64,000 nucleotides of DNA, from IMG/VR virus record IMGVR_UViG_3300047554_000447, positions 22,349-86,348 of that record; one strand, given 5' to 3'. Source of the DNA: a virus. The notes beneath the pieces are model-generated. The model worked only from the letters and a program-made list of their open reading frames with translations, was not told the DNA's origin and did no database searches. Numbering within the stretch: position 1 is the stretch's first letter; each line of letters begins with the position of its first letter. Of this stretch, positions 1 through 9,464 are shown in pieces. Both the position numbers and the translations under genes were made by a program.

Positions 1-1189
1 ACTAGATCCAATGATCACATTTGGACTCAAACAAATTCCGGAGAAAACAAATGAAGATGGTACTGGGCTACCTTGGGATGGTTTTATTAGTGTTGTTAAG
101 CGTTTGGCTAATCGTGAACTCACCGGTAACGTTGCTCGGAGTGCCGTTGAGGCATTGATGAACACTGCCACTAAGGCAGAGTGGAATGGCTGGTATCGTC
201 GCATCCTTATTAAAGATCTTCGTTGCGGTGTTTCAGAAAAGACCGTTAACAAAGTCGTAGAAAAGAAAAATCCAAATTATGCAGTTCCTGTTTTTAGTTG
301 CCAGCTTGCTCATGATAGTGCTAATCATGAAGGCAAGGTCGGAGGGGAAAAACTTATTGAAGTCAAGCTCGATGGTGTTCGGGTTATTACTATTGTCTAT
401 CCAAATGGGCGTGTTGATCAATTTAGTCGCAATGGTAAAGAGTTGGTAAACTTTGAGACTATCAAAGAACAAATGTCCAAGACCGCAGGCCACTATAATG
501 TACCTATGGTCTTTGATGGCGAAGTAATGTCTAGCAGTTTCCAAGACTTAATGAAGCAGGTGCATCGCAAGAGTGATGTTAAGGCCGATGATGCTATTTT
601 GCATCTTTTTGATATCCTAACACTTGAAGACTTCGAAGCTGGCGTTGCTCATGTTCCCCAACTGTTAAGAAGTGAAACCCTAATCGGTTGGCACAATACC
701 AATAAGGCACTATTGCCTAACGTTGAAGTAGTAGCTCACGAAGTTGTTAATATCAGCGAACCTGAAGGTGCTGAAAGGTTTAAAGCTATCAATCAAATGG
801 CCATCGAAGGTGGCTATGAAGGCATTATGATTAAAGAAATTAATGCTCCGTACGAATGTAAAAGAACTGTTAATTGGCTTAAACTCAAACCGTTTATTGA
901 GGTAAGTCTTAATGTTGTTGCTGTAGAAGAAGGTACAGGCAAGAACGTTGGTCGGTTAGGTGCATTAGTTTGTGAGGGTGAAGATGACGGAAAAAGAATT
1001 CGTGTTAATGTGGGGTCTGGGTTTTCTGATGATTCCCGTAATGATTATTGGATTTCCCGTGATAAAGTGGTTGGGAAGATCGTTGAAGTCCGTGCCGATG
1101 CGATTACGCAAAATCAAGATGGAAGTTACTCTTTACGCTTTCCGCGCTTCTTACATTTTAGAGGGTTTGCCAATGGCGAGAAAATTTGA
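1..1189 (+). CDS. lig: ATP-dependent DNA ligase (probably 5'-truncated by window edge)
   Basis: KLDGVR adenylation motif, FDGE, EGIMIK, WLKLKP, SLRFPRF OB-fold end; frame is open to the window start. Confidence 0.93.
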   Translation, partial: LDPMITFGLKQIPEKTNEDGTGLPWDGFISVVKRLANRELTGNVARSAVEALMNTATKAEWNGWYRRILIKDLRCGVSEKTVNKVVEKKNPNYAVPVFSCQLAHDSANHEGKVGGEKLIEVKLDGVRVITIVYPNGRVDQFSRNGKELVNFETIKEQMSKTAGHYNVPMVFDGEVMSSSFQDLMKQVHRKSDVKADDAILHLFDILTLEDFEAGVAHVPQLLRSETLIGWHNTNKALLPNVEVVAHEVVNISEPEGAERFKAINQMAIEGGYEGIMIKEINAPYECKRTVNWLKLKPFIEVSLNVVAVEEGTGKNVGRLGALVCEGEDDGKRIRVNVGSGFSDDSRNDYWISRDKVVGKIVEVRADAITQNQDGSYSLRFPRFLHFRGFANGEKI

Positions 1190-1421
1190 TATACGTCGGT
1201 CAATGCACAAAGACATGCTCTATGGTGCTTTGCTAGAGCTGAGTCAAAATGCTAGAGTTTGGCATGAAAGCTCTGTAAGTCCAGAGTACAGTCACTTGAC
1301 AGAGGATGGCAAGTCCGCTATCATACACGTCGTTGAAGAAATGTTTCGTGGATTGCAGACTATCCACAAACAAGAAGTCAAAGAAGAGGCTAAGAACCAA
1401 ATGATGGATGCATTAAAATGA
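1173..1421 (+). CDS. hypothetical protein (82 aa)
   Basis: ATG at 1173 (MARKFDIRR) overlapping the ligase end; the 972 start would overlap the ligase by 218 nt. Confidence 0.7.
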   Translation: MARKFDIRRSMHKDMLYGALLELSQNARVWHESSVSPEYSHLTEDGKSAIIHVVEEMFRGLQTIHKQEVKEEAKNQMMDALK

Positions 1422-1606
1422 AAGTTAAAAAAGAAGAACTATGGCAAAGTCCAAATCAGACTGAGTTTTATGTAGACGATGTTAGAGATGTTGACGGCGA
1501 ACGCTGGATCTATTACACTAACACTTTTACAAAACAGACTTATAGCTGTTTGGAATTAGCATTTATTGAAAGATTTCAACCGATTTTAAACAGGAGTTAT
1601 CGATGA
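1418..1606 (+). CDS. hypothetical protein
   Basis: ATGA-coupled to neighbours. Confidence 0.7.
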   Translation: MKVKKEELWQSPNQTEFYVDDVRDVDGERWIYYTNTFTKQTYSCLELAFIERFQPILNRSYR

Positions 1607-1749
1607 ACTGTACCGGACAACCGTTGTCAAATACTACTGCTCAATATATTGAGTTTTGGAATCTATACTGTCAATATAACACAGCGTGGATTGAAGTGTA
1701 TTTAAATATGTATAAGTGGTGGATGCCACTAATGAATAAAGGAGAATAA
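1603..1749 (+). CDS. small Trp/Tyr-rich hypothetical protein (48 aa, below ORF-track cutoff)
   Basis: AGGAG SD at 1592-1596, ATGA overlap with upstream gene, fills the gap exactly: MNCTGQPLSN...YKWWMPLMNKGE. Confidence 0.6.
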   Translation: MNCTGQPLSNTTAQYIEFWNLYCQYNTAWIEVYLNMYKWWMPLMNKGE

Positions 1750-1750
1750 A

Positions 1751-2422
1751 ATGTACGCAGTAACCTATAGGTCAGCTACAGAAATTAATTCAGCTATGGG
1801 CCGAGTCTACGGCCACATGGGTCTAGCTGTTCTAACTAGCATGATTATCAGCTATCTCGTTGGTACTAATGCTTCACTTTTAGAATTTTTCTTTACTGGT
1901 GCTATGAAATGGATTGTAATTTTTGCGCCGTTGATTGCGATTCTAGGTGTTAGTGTTGCTATGGAAAAGATGAGTAAGCCTGCCTTACAAATTTTTTTAC
2001 ACGGGTTTGCCGCGCTGATGGGTTTGAGCTTCGCTACAATCTTTGCTGTTTACAACATGGGTAGTATCGTAAGCGCATTTATGAGTGCCGCAGTATTGTT
2101 TGGTGTCATGAGCTTCTACGGATATTTTACTAAAAAGAATCTAGATAGCATCGGGCAATTCATGTTCATTGGATTGATTGCTATTATCATTGCTAGTATT
2201 ATTAACATCTTTATCGGTAGTACTGTATTCCAAATGGTTATTAGTGCTATTGCTGTTATTGTGTTCCTTGGCTTAACTGCCTATGACACACAAAAAATTC
2301 GAGAAATTGTCAGTTACGACAATGACGGTAAAGCTGAGGTAATGGGTGCGTTAACACTTTATCTCGATTTTATCAACTTGTTCTTAAGTCTATTACAACT
2401 GTTTGGCGGAAAGAAAGACTGA
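1751..2422 (+). CDS. Bax inhibitor-1/YccA family membrane protein
   Basis: about 7 TM helices, AYDTQKI and GALTLYLDFINLF signature; AAGGAG SD. Confidence 0.92.
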   Translation: MYAVTYRSATEINSAMGRVYGHMGLAVLTSMIISYLVGTNASLLEFFFTGAMKWIVIFAPLIAILGVSVAMEKMSKPALQIFLHGFAALMGLSFATIFAVYNMGSIVSAFMSAAVLFGVMSFYGYFTKKNLDSIGQFMFIGLIAIIIASIINIFIGSTVFQMVISAIAVIVFLGLTAYDTQKIREIVSYDNDGKAEVMGALTLYLDFINLFLSLLQLFGGKKD

Positions 2423-2423
2423 A

Positions 2424-3257
2424 ATGCGTAATCACTATTGGACCTGCTCTAAGTTTGCTGACTGGCTTCGTGGCACCACTAAGGGCGGAGCCAAGACTAG
2501 TGAAGGCTGGGACGAATGGGAAGCTCGTGCCAAGGCCGCATATCCCATTCGTTGGTGGCTAGCCGAAGAAGGCTTAGACTACCTACAGCGAATCGTTTAC
2601 TTTATTCCGGACACATTATACAGTGCAAAATACTATATTAATAACCGCTGGGTTACTCGTACTCATGCTCTTACTGCTCATCCTCGGGATATCAAGCCTG
2701 GTACTTGGTCAGATGTTGGGCACCGTTTTCTCCCATGTCTTTTCAATGAGCTTCAAGATTTTGTAGAAGTTGAACTAGCATGGTGGCACATTGCCTGGGC
2801 AGATCCTGCCGAAAAGGCAAAGTATAACGCACCATTCTGGGCCACTGGTTGGTTCCGTTGGCGTACTTGGCGTTGCCCACAAGCAGGTCTTGATAATCTC
2901 AAGTGGCAAAGCGAGCTTCGTCATACTGTTGACGACGGCTGGGAAGAAGGCGATCCAAATGTTGGCACACCTACTCCGCAGGCCGAAAGAGCCCTAGAAA
3001 TACTAGCACTTTACAAGTGGTGGACTGAAGTTTATCGTAATCGTCCAGATCCTCACGATGCTAGCGGGTGGAGTGAATACTGCGAACGCAAACGCGAGGA
3101 AGGCGGTAGTTTTATCGGAGAAGCCAAAGATCCAGAACTTCGTGCGTTCGGTGAGGCGGCTCTGAAGAAAACGCACGAAATTGAACAAGCATATGAAGCA
3201 GAAGACGAAGCTATGTTAATTCGTCTTATCAAAGTGAGACATGCACTTTGGACATAA
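2424..3257 (+). CDS. hypothetical Trp-rich phage protein
   Basis: long ORF; ATG at 2424 directly after upstream stop. Confidence 0.75.
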   Translation: MRNHYWTCSKFADWLRGTTKGGAKTSEGWDEWEARAKAAYPIRWWLAEEGLDYLQRIVYFIPDTLYSAKYYINNRWVTRTHALTAHPRDIKPGTWSDVGHRFLPCLFNELQDFVEVELAWWHIAWADPAEKAKYNAPFWATGWFRWRTWRCPQAGLDNLKWQSELRHTVDDGWEEGDPNVGTPTPQAERALEILALYKWWTEVYRNRPDPHDASGWSEYCERKREEGGSFIGEAKDPELRAFGEAALKKTHEIEQAYEAEDEAMLIRLIKVRHALWT

Positions 3258-3282
3258 ATATTTTTGAAAGGAGGTTGTTACT

Positions 3283-3528
3283 ATGAAACAACTATTAATC
3301 GCAGTAGGTCTAGCAGTAGCATTTGCAGGTACCGCAGTAGCCAAGGAAGAAACTAAAGATGTTAAAGCCAATGGCAAGACAGTAGAAGTTAGGGTTCCAA
3401 AAAGCTCTAAGATTGATTGCAAAGTCGAGGCTAACAAAGCTAAGACAGAGTGCAAGAAACCTACTAAGGAAATGCCTAAGGTTGAAAAACCAAAAGCTGA
3501 AGCACCAAAAGACGCACCTAAGAAGTAA
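3283..3528 (+). CDS. small secreted/periplasmic Lys-rich protein
   Basis: Sec signal peptide (AVA|KEE), AGGAGG SD, TAAATA late box at 3255-3260. Confidence 0.75.
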   Translation: MKQLLIAVGLAVAFAGTAVAKEETKDVKANGKTVEVRVPKSSKIDCKVEANKAKTECKKPTKEMPKVEKPKAEAPKDAPKK

Positions 3529-3530
3529 AT

Positions 3531-3576
3531 AAGGCCCGCTCCTCTATGACTTAGTCACACGAGCGGGTTTTCTTTT
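3531..3576 (+). terminator. intrinsic terminator
   Basis: GGCCCGCTC/GAGCGGGTT stem with inner TGAC-TTA-GTCA hairpin, followed by T-rich tract. Confidence 0.7.
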
Positions 3577-3597
3577 GGCCACAAGATAATTAACTAT

Positions 3598-4353
3598 ATG
3601 TATTTTGATAACTGTAAGAGGCTTGTTGTATTCGGCGATTCGTTAACCTACGGTCACGGTCTTCCAGATGCCGATAATTTAAAATTTGAAAAGCCAAGCA
3701 GTTTGTCTTGGGCTAACACAGTGGCTATGAATTACGGCCTTGAATTATATAATAAGGCGATACCCGGAAGTGGTAATGATTCAATGTTTCGAGCCTTTAA
3801 CGAATATTTAATTGGTATATTTGCCAACGATCACCATAATGCTACTCGTAGATTTTCAGCAGTCTACAAGCCTGGCGATGCTGTAATCATTGGTTTAAGC
3901 AATCTATGGCGCACTGAAGTTTATGATTTTAGACATCAACGATACGAAAGAATACTAGTCAACAGCGAATATTTTTATGATCCTGATCTAGAAAAATCTG
4001 TTAGGTACATTATGGCCGCTGAAAGCGAGGATAGTCTAATTTCAAAGATGCTACAACAGATACACAATATAGTTTCAATGTGTAGACATTATAATATACC
4101 GGTGTTGTTATTCCATGCTCTGCCACCAATCGATCATAAAACTAACAGCGACATTATCAATCAAACATATATCCCACCATCGTGCCAATCAATGTTAAAA
4201 CGTACAAATTGTCGAGAGTGGCTCACTGAAGTTATGCACAACGAAATATCTTTAAAGTTAGGTAGAGATCATTTTTTACCCTGCGGACACCCTAGTGCAT
4301 CCGGTCAAGACTTCTGGGGTAAAAGATTAATCAATTATATTGAGGATTTATGA
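3598..4353 (+). CDS. SGNH/GDSL hydrolase-like protein
   Basis: FGDSLTYG block I, PGSGND block II, GHPS block V. Confidence 0.75.
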   Translation: MYFDNCKRLVVFGDSLTYGHGLPDADNLKFEKPSSLSWANTVAMNYGLELYNKAIPGSGNDSMFRAFNEYLIGIFANDHHNATRRFSAVYKPGDAVIIGLSNLWRTEVYDFRHQRYERILVNSEYFYDPDLEKSVRYIMAAESEDSLISKMLQQIHNIVSMCRHYNIPVLLFHALPPIDHKTNSDIINQTYIPPSCQSMLKRTNCREWLTEVMHNEISLKLGRDHFLPCGHPSASGQDFWGKRLINYIEDL

Positions 4354-5549
4354 AAGTAAAAATATTTGTAGAAGAAGGCGATCGAGTTCCGTATGTGAAC
4401 GGATTTAAAAAAGAAATCGCTGAAAAAATTATCATACCTCAGTATTATCCCGAAGGATTTTTTGGTCTATACGGCCCTCCATTCTTTAGAACATACGAAC
4501 CTGTAAATGCTATTCCCGAAGATAAATTCTATTATCCAATAATTGTTAGTTTATGGTTGATCATTGATAATATTGAGCACCTCGAAATACCAACTGAAAT
4601 TATTTCTTGTATTAAATCTCAACAGGCAAAGATATTATTAGTAAATCCATTTGAGGGTTGGGAGTGGAGTTACTGGGAATCTCTAGTAGAGAAAATCGCA
4701 GATAAATTTAATTTATCATCAGACGATTTTGTCTGCCTAACAGGCAATCACTCTCCTCTAACTAATTTAAAATCTATCGTGTTTAATTTTTGGGAGTTTG
4801 GTTATCAATATAATCTCTTAGAAGAACATAGATTAAAATTTATCGAATCAGTTAAGAATCTAGACGCTAAACCTTATAAGTTTATCTGTCTAAATCGCAG
4901 GCCTCATTTTCACAGACTGGCTCTAGTACAGATGTTGTTTGATATCAAAGATCAAGGAATCCTAACCTGTGCAAAACAAGGAGCAATCGCACCCGAATAT
5001 TTTACTATGCATCTTAATAGATTGCAAAAATACGACGAAGGAATACATGATCGATTCGTTAAAAATATACTTCCAGTATTGCCGTTGACCGTCGACGACG
5101 GCATTGATGTTGAGATAGAAAATCCTGCACTGGATACTAAGTATGATAAATTTTTCGATAGTTATATTCATATAGTAACAGAAACATTTTTTGAACAACT
5201 CAATAATAGAATGTTTTTCAGTGAAAAGGCTTTTAAGCCGATGGCTATGTTACAGCCATTTGTGTTTGTTGGTCAACGTCACTCATTAAAAACTCTCAGA
5301 GACTTAGGATACAAAACATTTCAACCATATATAGATGAAAGCTACGATGAAATCGTCGATGACCACGACCGTATGCAGGCTGTGGTAAAAGAGATAAAAA
5401 GATTAACGGCTCTTGAACATGATCAGCTATGGGTACTAATACAGCGTATTCGCCCTATTATTGAACATAATTTTCTGCACATTTATACTAGAGCTGATAT
5501 TATCAAAGAACAATTAAAATCTGAATTAATTAAAGGATTAGAAAAATGA
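4350..5549 (+). CDS. putative glycosyltransferase-like phage protein
   Basis: CLNRRPHFHR, IVTET, FSEKAFKP, LGYKTF..YIDESYD motifs typical of GT-B-like phage proteins; adjacent to a sugar dehydrogenase. Confidence 0.55.
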   Translation: MKVKIFVEEGDRVPYVNGFKKEIAEKIIIPQYYPEGFFGLYGPPFFRTYEPVNAIPEDKFYYPIIVSLWLIIDNIEHLEIPTEIISCIKSQQAKILLVNPFEGWEWSYWESLVEKIADKFNLSSDDFVCLTGNHSPLTNLKSIVFNFWEFGYQYNLLEEHRLKFIESVKNLDAKPYKFICLNRRPHFHRLALVQMLFDIKDQGILTCAKQGAIAPEYFTMHLNRLQKYDEGIHDRFVKNILPVLPLTVDDGIDVEIENPALDTKYDKFFDSYIHIVTETFFEQLNNRMFFSEKAFKPMAMLQPFVFVGQRHSLKTLRDLGYKTFQPYIDESYDEIVDDHDRMQAVVKEIKRLTALEHDQLWVLIQRIRPIIEHNFLHIYTRADIIKEQLKSELIKGLEK

Positions 5550-6775
5550 AAATTGCGATGATTGGTTGCGGCAAATTAGGTTTACCCTGCGCCGAAGTGA
5601 TGAGTCAACACTACGACGTAGTTGGCTACGATGTTGTTAAGGACCCGACTGCACAAATACCTTTACTGGATTCCATTAAGGAAGCAGTCACTGGAAAAGA
5701 TTTAATTTTCGTTGCAGTTCCCACGCCTCATGACCCAGAATACGGCGGTAGTAAACCTATCGCTGAAATGCCTTCTAAAGATTTTGACTACACTATAGTT
5801 AAGCAGGTATTATCCGATATCAATCAATATGTAAACAAGAATCAGTTAGTGGTACTAATTTCTACAGTGCTTCCGGGAACAGTAAGAGAACATCTCGCAC
5901 CGAGGATCACTAATGCTAGATTTATCTATAATCCTTATTTGATTGCTATGGGATCGGTTAAATGGGACATGGTCAACCCAGAATGTCTAATCGTTGGTAC
6001 AGAAGACGGCTCACGCACTGGTGACGCAGGACTATTGATTGATTTTTACAAGCCGATCATGGAAAATGATCCTCAGATTAATGTAGGCACATGGGACGAA
6101 GCAGAAGCTATTAAGATCTTTTATAACACATTTATTTCAGCTAAGATTGGTTTGGTTAACATGATCCAAGATGTTGCTGAAAAGAATGGTAACATTAATG
6201 TAGACGTAGTAACTGATGCACTCAAGGCCGCAACACAAAGGATTACCGGGCCTCGTTATCTAACTGCTGGTATGGGAGATGGTGGTGCTTGTCATCCTCG
6301 AGACAACATCGCTTTAAGGTATCTAGCAGAAAGATTAGATCTAGGCTACGACTTATTCCATGCAATTATGCACAGCCGAGACATGCAGGCTAAGAACATG
6401 GCTTTAAAATTAGTCAACTTGGCTAAAGAACATAAGCTACCTGTGGTCATACACGGTCGTGCTTATAAGCCCTATGTTCCATATACCATCGGATCTTACT
6501 CAGAATTAGTTGCTCATTTCGTTATGGATGAGGGTGTAGAACTACAGTATGCAGATCCAGAAACTGGAGACTTTGTCCAGAATGGTTTGGCGGCTGTTAT
6601 TCTTTTAGCCCATAACCCAACCGTAACCTATTTTGGTACTGGTGTTGCTGTAAAACCACATGATTTCTATTTTGAGCCCGGAATTGGTTCTGTATTTTTG
6701 GACCCGTGGCGCATGACGCCGGATATTACTGGAATGACTGTTATCCATTACGGAAATACCCGAGTCCAAAAGTGA
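5546..6775 (+). CDS. ugd: UDP-glucose/GDP-mannose dehydrogenase family protein
   Basis: GCGKLG Rossmann fold, FVAVPTP, STVLPGT, EAIKIFYN catalytic Lys, GDGGAC catalytic Cys. Confidence 0.9.
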   Translation: MKIAMIGCGKLGLPCAEVMSQHYDVVGYDVVKDPTAQIPLLDSIKEAVTGKDLIFVAVPTPHDPEYGGSKPIAEMPSKDFDYTIVKQVLSDINQYVNKNQLVVLISTVLPGTVREHLAPRITNARFIYNPYLIAMGSVKWDMVNPECLIVGTEDGSRTGDAGLLIDFYKPIMENDPQINVGTWDEAEAIKIFYNTFISAKIGLVNMIQDVAEKNGNINVDVVTDALKAATQRITGPRYLTAGMGDGGACHPRDNIALRYLAERLDLGYDLFHAIMHSRDMQAKNMALKLVNLAKEHKLPVVIHGRAYKPYVPYTIGSYSELVAHFVMDEGVELQYADPETGDFVQNGLAAVILLAHNPTVTYFGTGVAVKPHDFYFEPGIGSVFLDPWRMTPDITGMTVIHYGNTRVQK

Positions 6776-6804
6776 TTGACACAAATATCAAATGGTCGTA
6801 TAAT
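6776..6804 (+). promoter_or_regulatory. sigma70-type promoter
   Basis: perfect TTGACA-N17-TATAAT. Confidence 0.9.
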
Positions 6805-6838
6805 ATAGATATTGTTAATAACAACGGAGCAATCAAAA

Positions 6839-8041
6839 ATGGCTAAAGCCGCAACCAAAACTCGTGTTACTAAAAAGCAAGTTCAAGCCCACCGTACTCG
6901 TGCCGTAAAAGACACTAGTCCGAATTGGGAGGGTTGCGAATCATGGGATGGCGATAAGTTTCACAAGTATTTTCGTCATGCTATGGACTACCATCGTCTT
7001 GAGAGCGAAATTAAAACCTACAAACCTATCGTAGTTAAATGGATGGAAAGCCAAGGTTGCGCTAAAGCAGACATCGCCGCTATCAAGAAAGTTAAAGATA
7101 ATCGCATCAGCACTACTATGGGAGCTGTTGCTCACTGTCTTACTCGCGGTATGACCCCTCAACGTGCAGATTTTAATAACGGACGTGATACTGCTGAATG
7201 GTTACGTGCAGAAATTGTCAAGGTTATCGCCGACGGTAAAGACGACATTGACCCGGAAGTTGCGGCCGCTGAAAAAGAAGCGTCAAAGGCCAATGTCTAT
7301 GTTCCAACTATTCAAGAACGTGTTCGCGAAGCCGCTTCACGAATGACTGAGGAGATTGAAGACGCTCTCGAGAGCTTTAACGCAGATGCAGAAAACTTTG
7401 ATCCTAAAGCGTTCAAACTGCTAAACCTTCTCAAAGGTAAAGGTGTAAAGGCCGCACATGCTCGTATTATTAAAGACTTCTACTCTAGAGATTTAGACGA
7501 GCTTCTTGAGTTAGCTAGTGGCAAAGCAGATGAGCAACTTCGTGAAGGTTACAGTCACCGTAGTCGCAAACAGATTAAGAACTTGATAGTGTTCTATCAA
7601 GAAATCCATGCGGCCTGTGACATGCTCATGCAAGAAGCAAAGGTTAACAAAAAGCCGCGAGCTCGCAAGACAGTTCCAGCTGAAAAGATCGTAGGTAAGC
7701 TCAAGTACATGAAAACCAACGAGCCTCTCAAGTTAGTCTCTATCAATCCTACAGATATTTTGGGTGCTAAAGAATTGTGGATTTACAATACTAAGACTCG
7801 TAAACTGGGCAAATATGTAGCTTCAGAATTTAACGATCTTGGCGTTAAAGGTACTTCAATTACCGGGTTTGATGAGAATGCCAGCATACAAAAGACTCTG
7901 CGTAAGCCTGAAGAAAAGCTCAAAGAGTTTAAAGCGGCTGGCAAGGTCGCATTACGCAAGTTCTTAGAGGATATCAACGCTGTTGATACCAAAATGAACG
8001 GCCGCATTAACGAAGAAACTATCCTTTTAAAAGTAGCGTAA
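6839..8041 (+). CDS. conserved hypothetical T4-like phage protein
   Basis: GGAG SD then ATG 6839; C-terminal LVSINP..ILGA..LW.YNTKTRKL..KTLRKP domain recognisable from large T4-like phages. Confidence 0.8.
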   Translation: MAKAATKTRVTKKQVQAHRTRAVKDTSPNWEGCESWDGDKFHKYFRHAMDYHRLESEIKTYKPIVVKWMESQGCAKADIAAIKKVKDNRISTTMGAVAHCLTRGMTPQRADFNNGRDTAEWLRAEIVKVIADGKDDIDPEVAAAEKEASKANVYVPTIQERVREAASRMTEEIEDALESFNADAENFDPKAFKLLNLLKGKGVKAAHARIIKDFYSRDLDELLELASGKADEQLREGYSHRSRKQIKNLIVFYQEIHAACDMLMQEAKVNKKPRARKTVPAEKIVGKLKYMKTNEPLKLVSINPTDILGAKELWIYNTKTRKLGKYVASEFNDLGVKGTSITGFDENASIQKTLRKPEEKLKEFKAAGKVALRKFLEDINAVDTKMNGRINEETILLKVA

Positions 8042-8048
8042 GGTTCGG

Positions 8049-8095
8049 TAGGGCCATAAGATAAATACTCGAAAGAGAGTATTCTTATGGCCCTA
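8049..8095 (+). promoter_or_regulatory. late promoter (TAAATA 8062-8067) inside an RBS/start-occluding hairpin
   Basis: TAGGGCCATAAG/CTTATGGCCCTA 12-bp stem plus AATACTC/GAGTATT 7-bp stem. Confidence 0.8.
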
Positions 8096-9463
8096 AACAT
8101 CTATGAACCTATGAAATTTCGTAGTCAAGGTATTGAAGACCTTGCTACGCACGAAACGCTAGTTATCACTAACGGAAAAATCACTGTCGACACAGTCGAG
8201 CCTAAAAAAGCGGTGTCTTTTGCGGGTGCGAATTTTGCTGAAATCGAAGGTAATGGCATCCGCTGGACTGACGGTCGCAAGGCAAAAACACTAGCATTTA
8301 AGGAATCAAAGCTCTGGACAGATTTAACTCTTAATCTAGACGAAGAACAAGAATACCAAATCAATAACACTACAGTTTTGAGCTTCACAGAGCTAGGCTC
8401 AACTGTTACTAAAAGTAACCTAAAACAAGTAGGTGTTCTTAAAAATCTAAGAGTAGCCGGAAATGCGTCCTTTGGAGACTTTGCCTATGCTATGGGCAGT
8501 CTAAATCGCTTTGGTATTAACACAGATGCGCCGGGTGCGGCTCTAGGCATTGTTGAAAATTCTGTAGAGATTTTGCTAGGAAGTTTAAAACAAGACACAG
8601 CGATCTTTGGAACACACAGCAACGATCATTTAGAAATCATCACTGATAATACTACTAGAATAACTGTTACAAATTCTGGTGAAGTTGTTATCGGGTCTGC
8701 TAATCATAAGAACGGAATACTTCGTGTAAATGGTACCCTGTATGCTGATGCGATCGTTACAGAAAGATCTAGTCCATTAGTTTTTAAAGAATCAGACACT
8801 AGCTCAAACTACGGTAAAGGAATTATTTGGGCAGGTAAAACTGGTCCAAACAAACAGCTAGTATATCAGGCTAACCCAGATCGCATTTGGTCAACTGATA
8901 TTATTGACCTAGCACAAGAGAAATACTTTGCTATTGAAAACCAGATGGTCTTAAGCAAGACTAGCCTAGGCACTAGCGTAGTTGAAAGCTCATTAACAAA
9001 ATTAGGTATACTTAAAGATCTACAAGTTGCTGGCGATGCGGCGATCACTAGAAAACTTTCAACTAGCAGAATCGAAATAGGCAAGTTCGCTGTCGATGAA
9101 AACCGTTTAGAGTTTGATAGAAACTTTAGCATCCAGCAAGGTACACTAAGTGAATTTAGAATCGGATCAGATATCACTATCGGTAACAGCGACAACACAA
9201 CTAGAGCCGTATCAGTTTACGGTAGACTCGCAGTCGGAACTGCTAGACCCGGTGATGATGTTTCATTAACTGTGTCAGGACCTGTTAGTTTTGAAAACAA
9301 GAAGTTTAAGGTAGGATCTGGAATCCCAACATTTGGTGATTACAACAAAGGAGATGTTGTTTGGAATGACGATCCAAAGGCCGGCAGTCACATAGGCTGG
9401 GTCTGTATCACTGCTGGTTCTCCAGGATTCTGGTTGCCGTTCGGCTATATCGGCTCACGATGA
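8087..9463 (+). CDS. putative virion structural (fibre-like) protein
   Basis: beta-rich, internal duplication, C-terminal GDVVWN..P..G..IGWVC..G.PG.W motif; late promoter. Confidence 0.65.
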   Translation: MALNIYEPMKFRSQGIEDLATHETLVITNGKITVDTVEPKKAVSFAGANFAEIEGNGIRWTDGRKAKTLAFKESKLWTDLTLNLDEEQEYQINNTTVLSFTELGSTVTKSNLKQVGVLKNLRVAGNASFGDFAYAMGSLNRFGINTDAPGAALGIVENSVEILLGSLKQDTAIFGTHSNDHLEIITDNTTRITVTNSGEVVIGSANHKNGILRVNGTLYADAIVTERSSPLVFKESDTSSNYGKGIIWAGKTGPNKQLVYQANPDRIWSTDIIDLAQEKYFAIENQMVLSKTSLGTSVVESSLTKLGILKDLQVAGDAAITRKLSTSRIEIGKFAVDENRLEFDRNFSIQQGTLSEFRIGSDITIGNSDNTTRAVSVYGRLAVGTARPGDDVSLTVSGPVSFENKKFKVGSGIPTFGDYNKGDVVWNDDPKAGSHIGWVCITAGSPGFWLPFGYIGSR

Positions 9464-9464
9464 T

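Noticed and set aside
972-1172. Extended 5' starts in the ORF track (972, 10420, 45623, 48287, 59661)
   Set aside because: They overlap upstream genes heavily; downstream starts with SD or stop-start coupling fit better.
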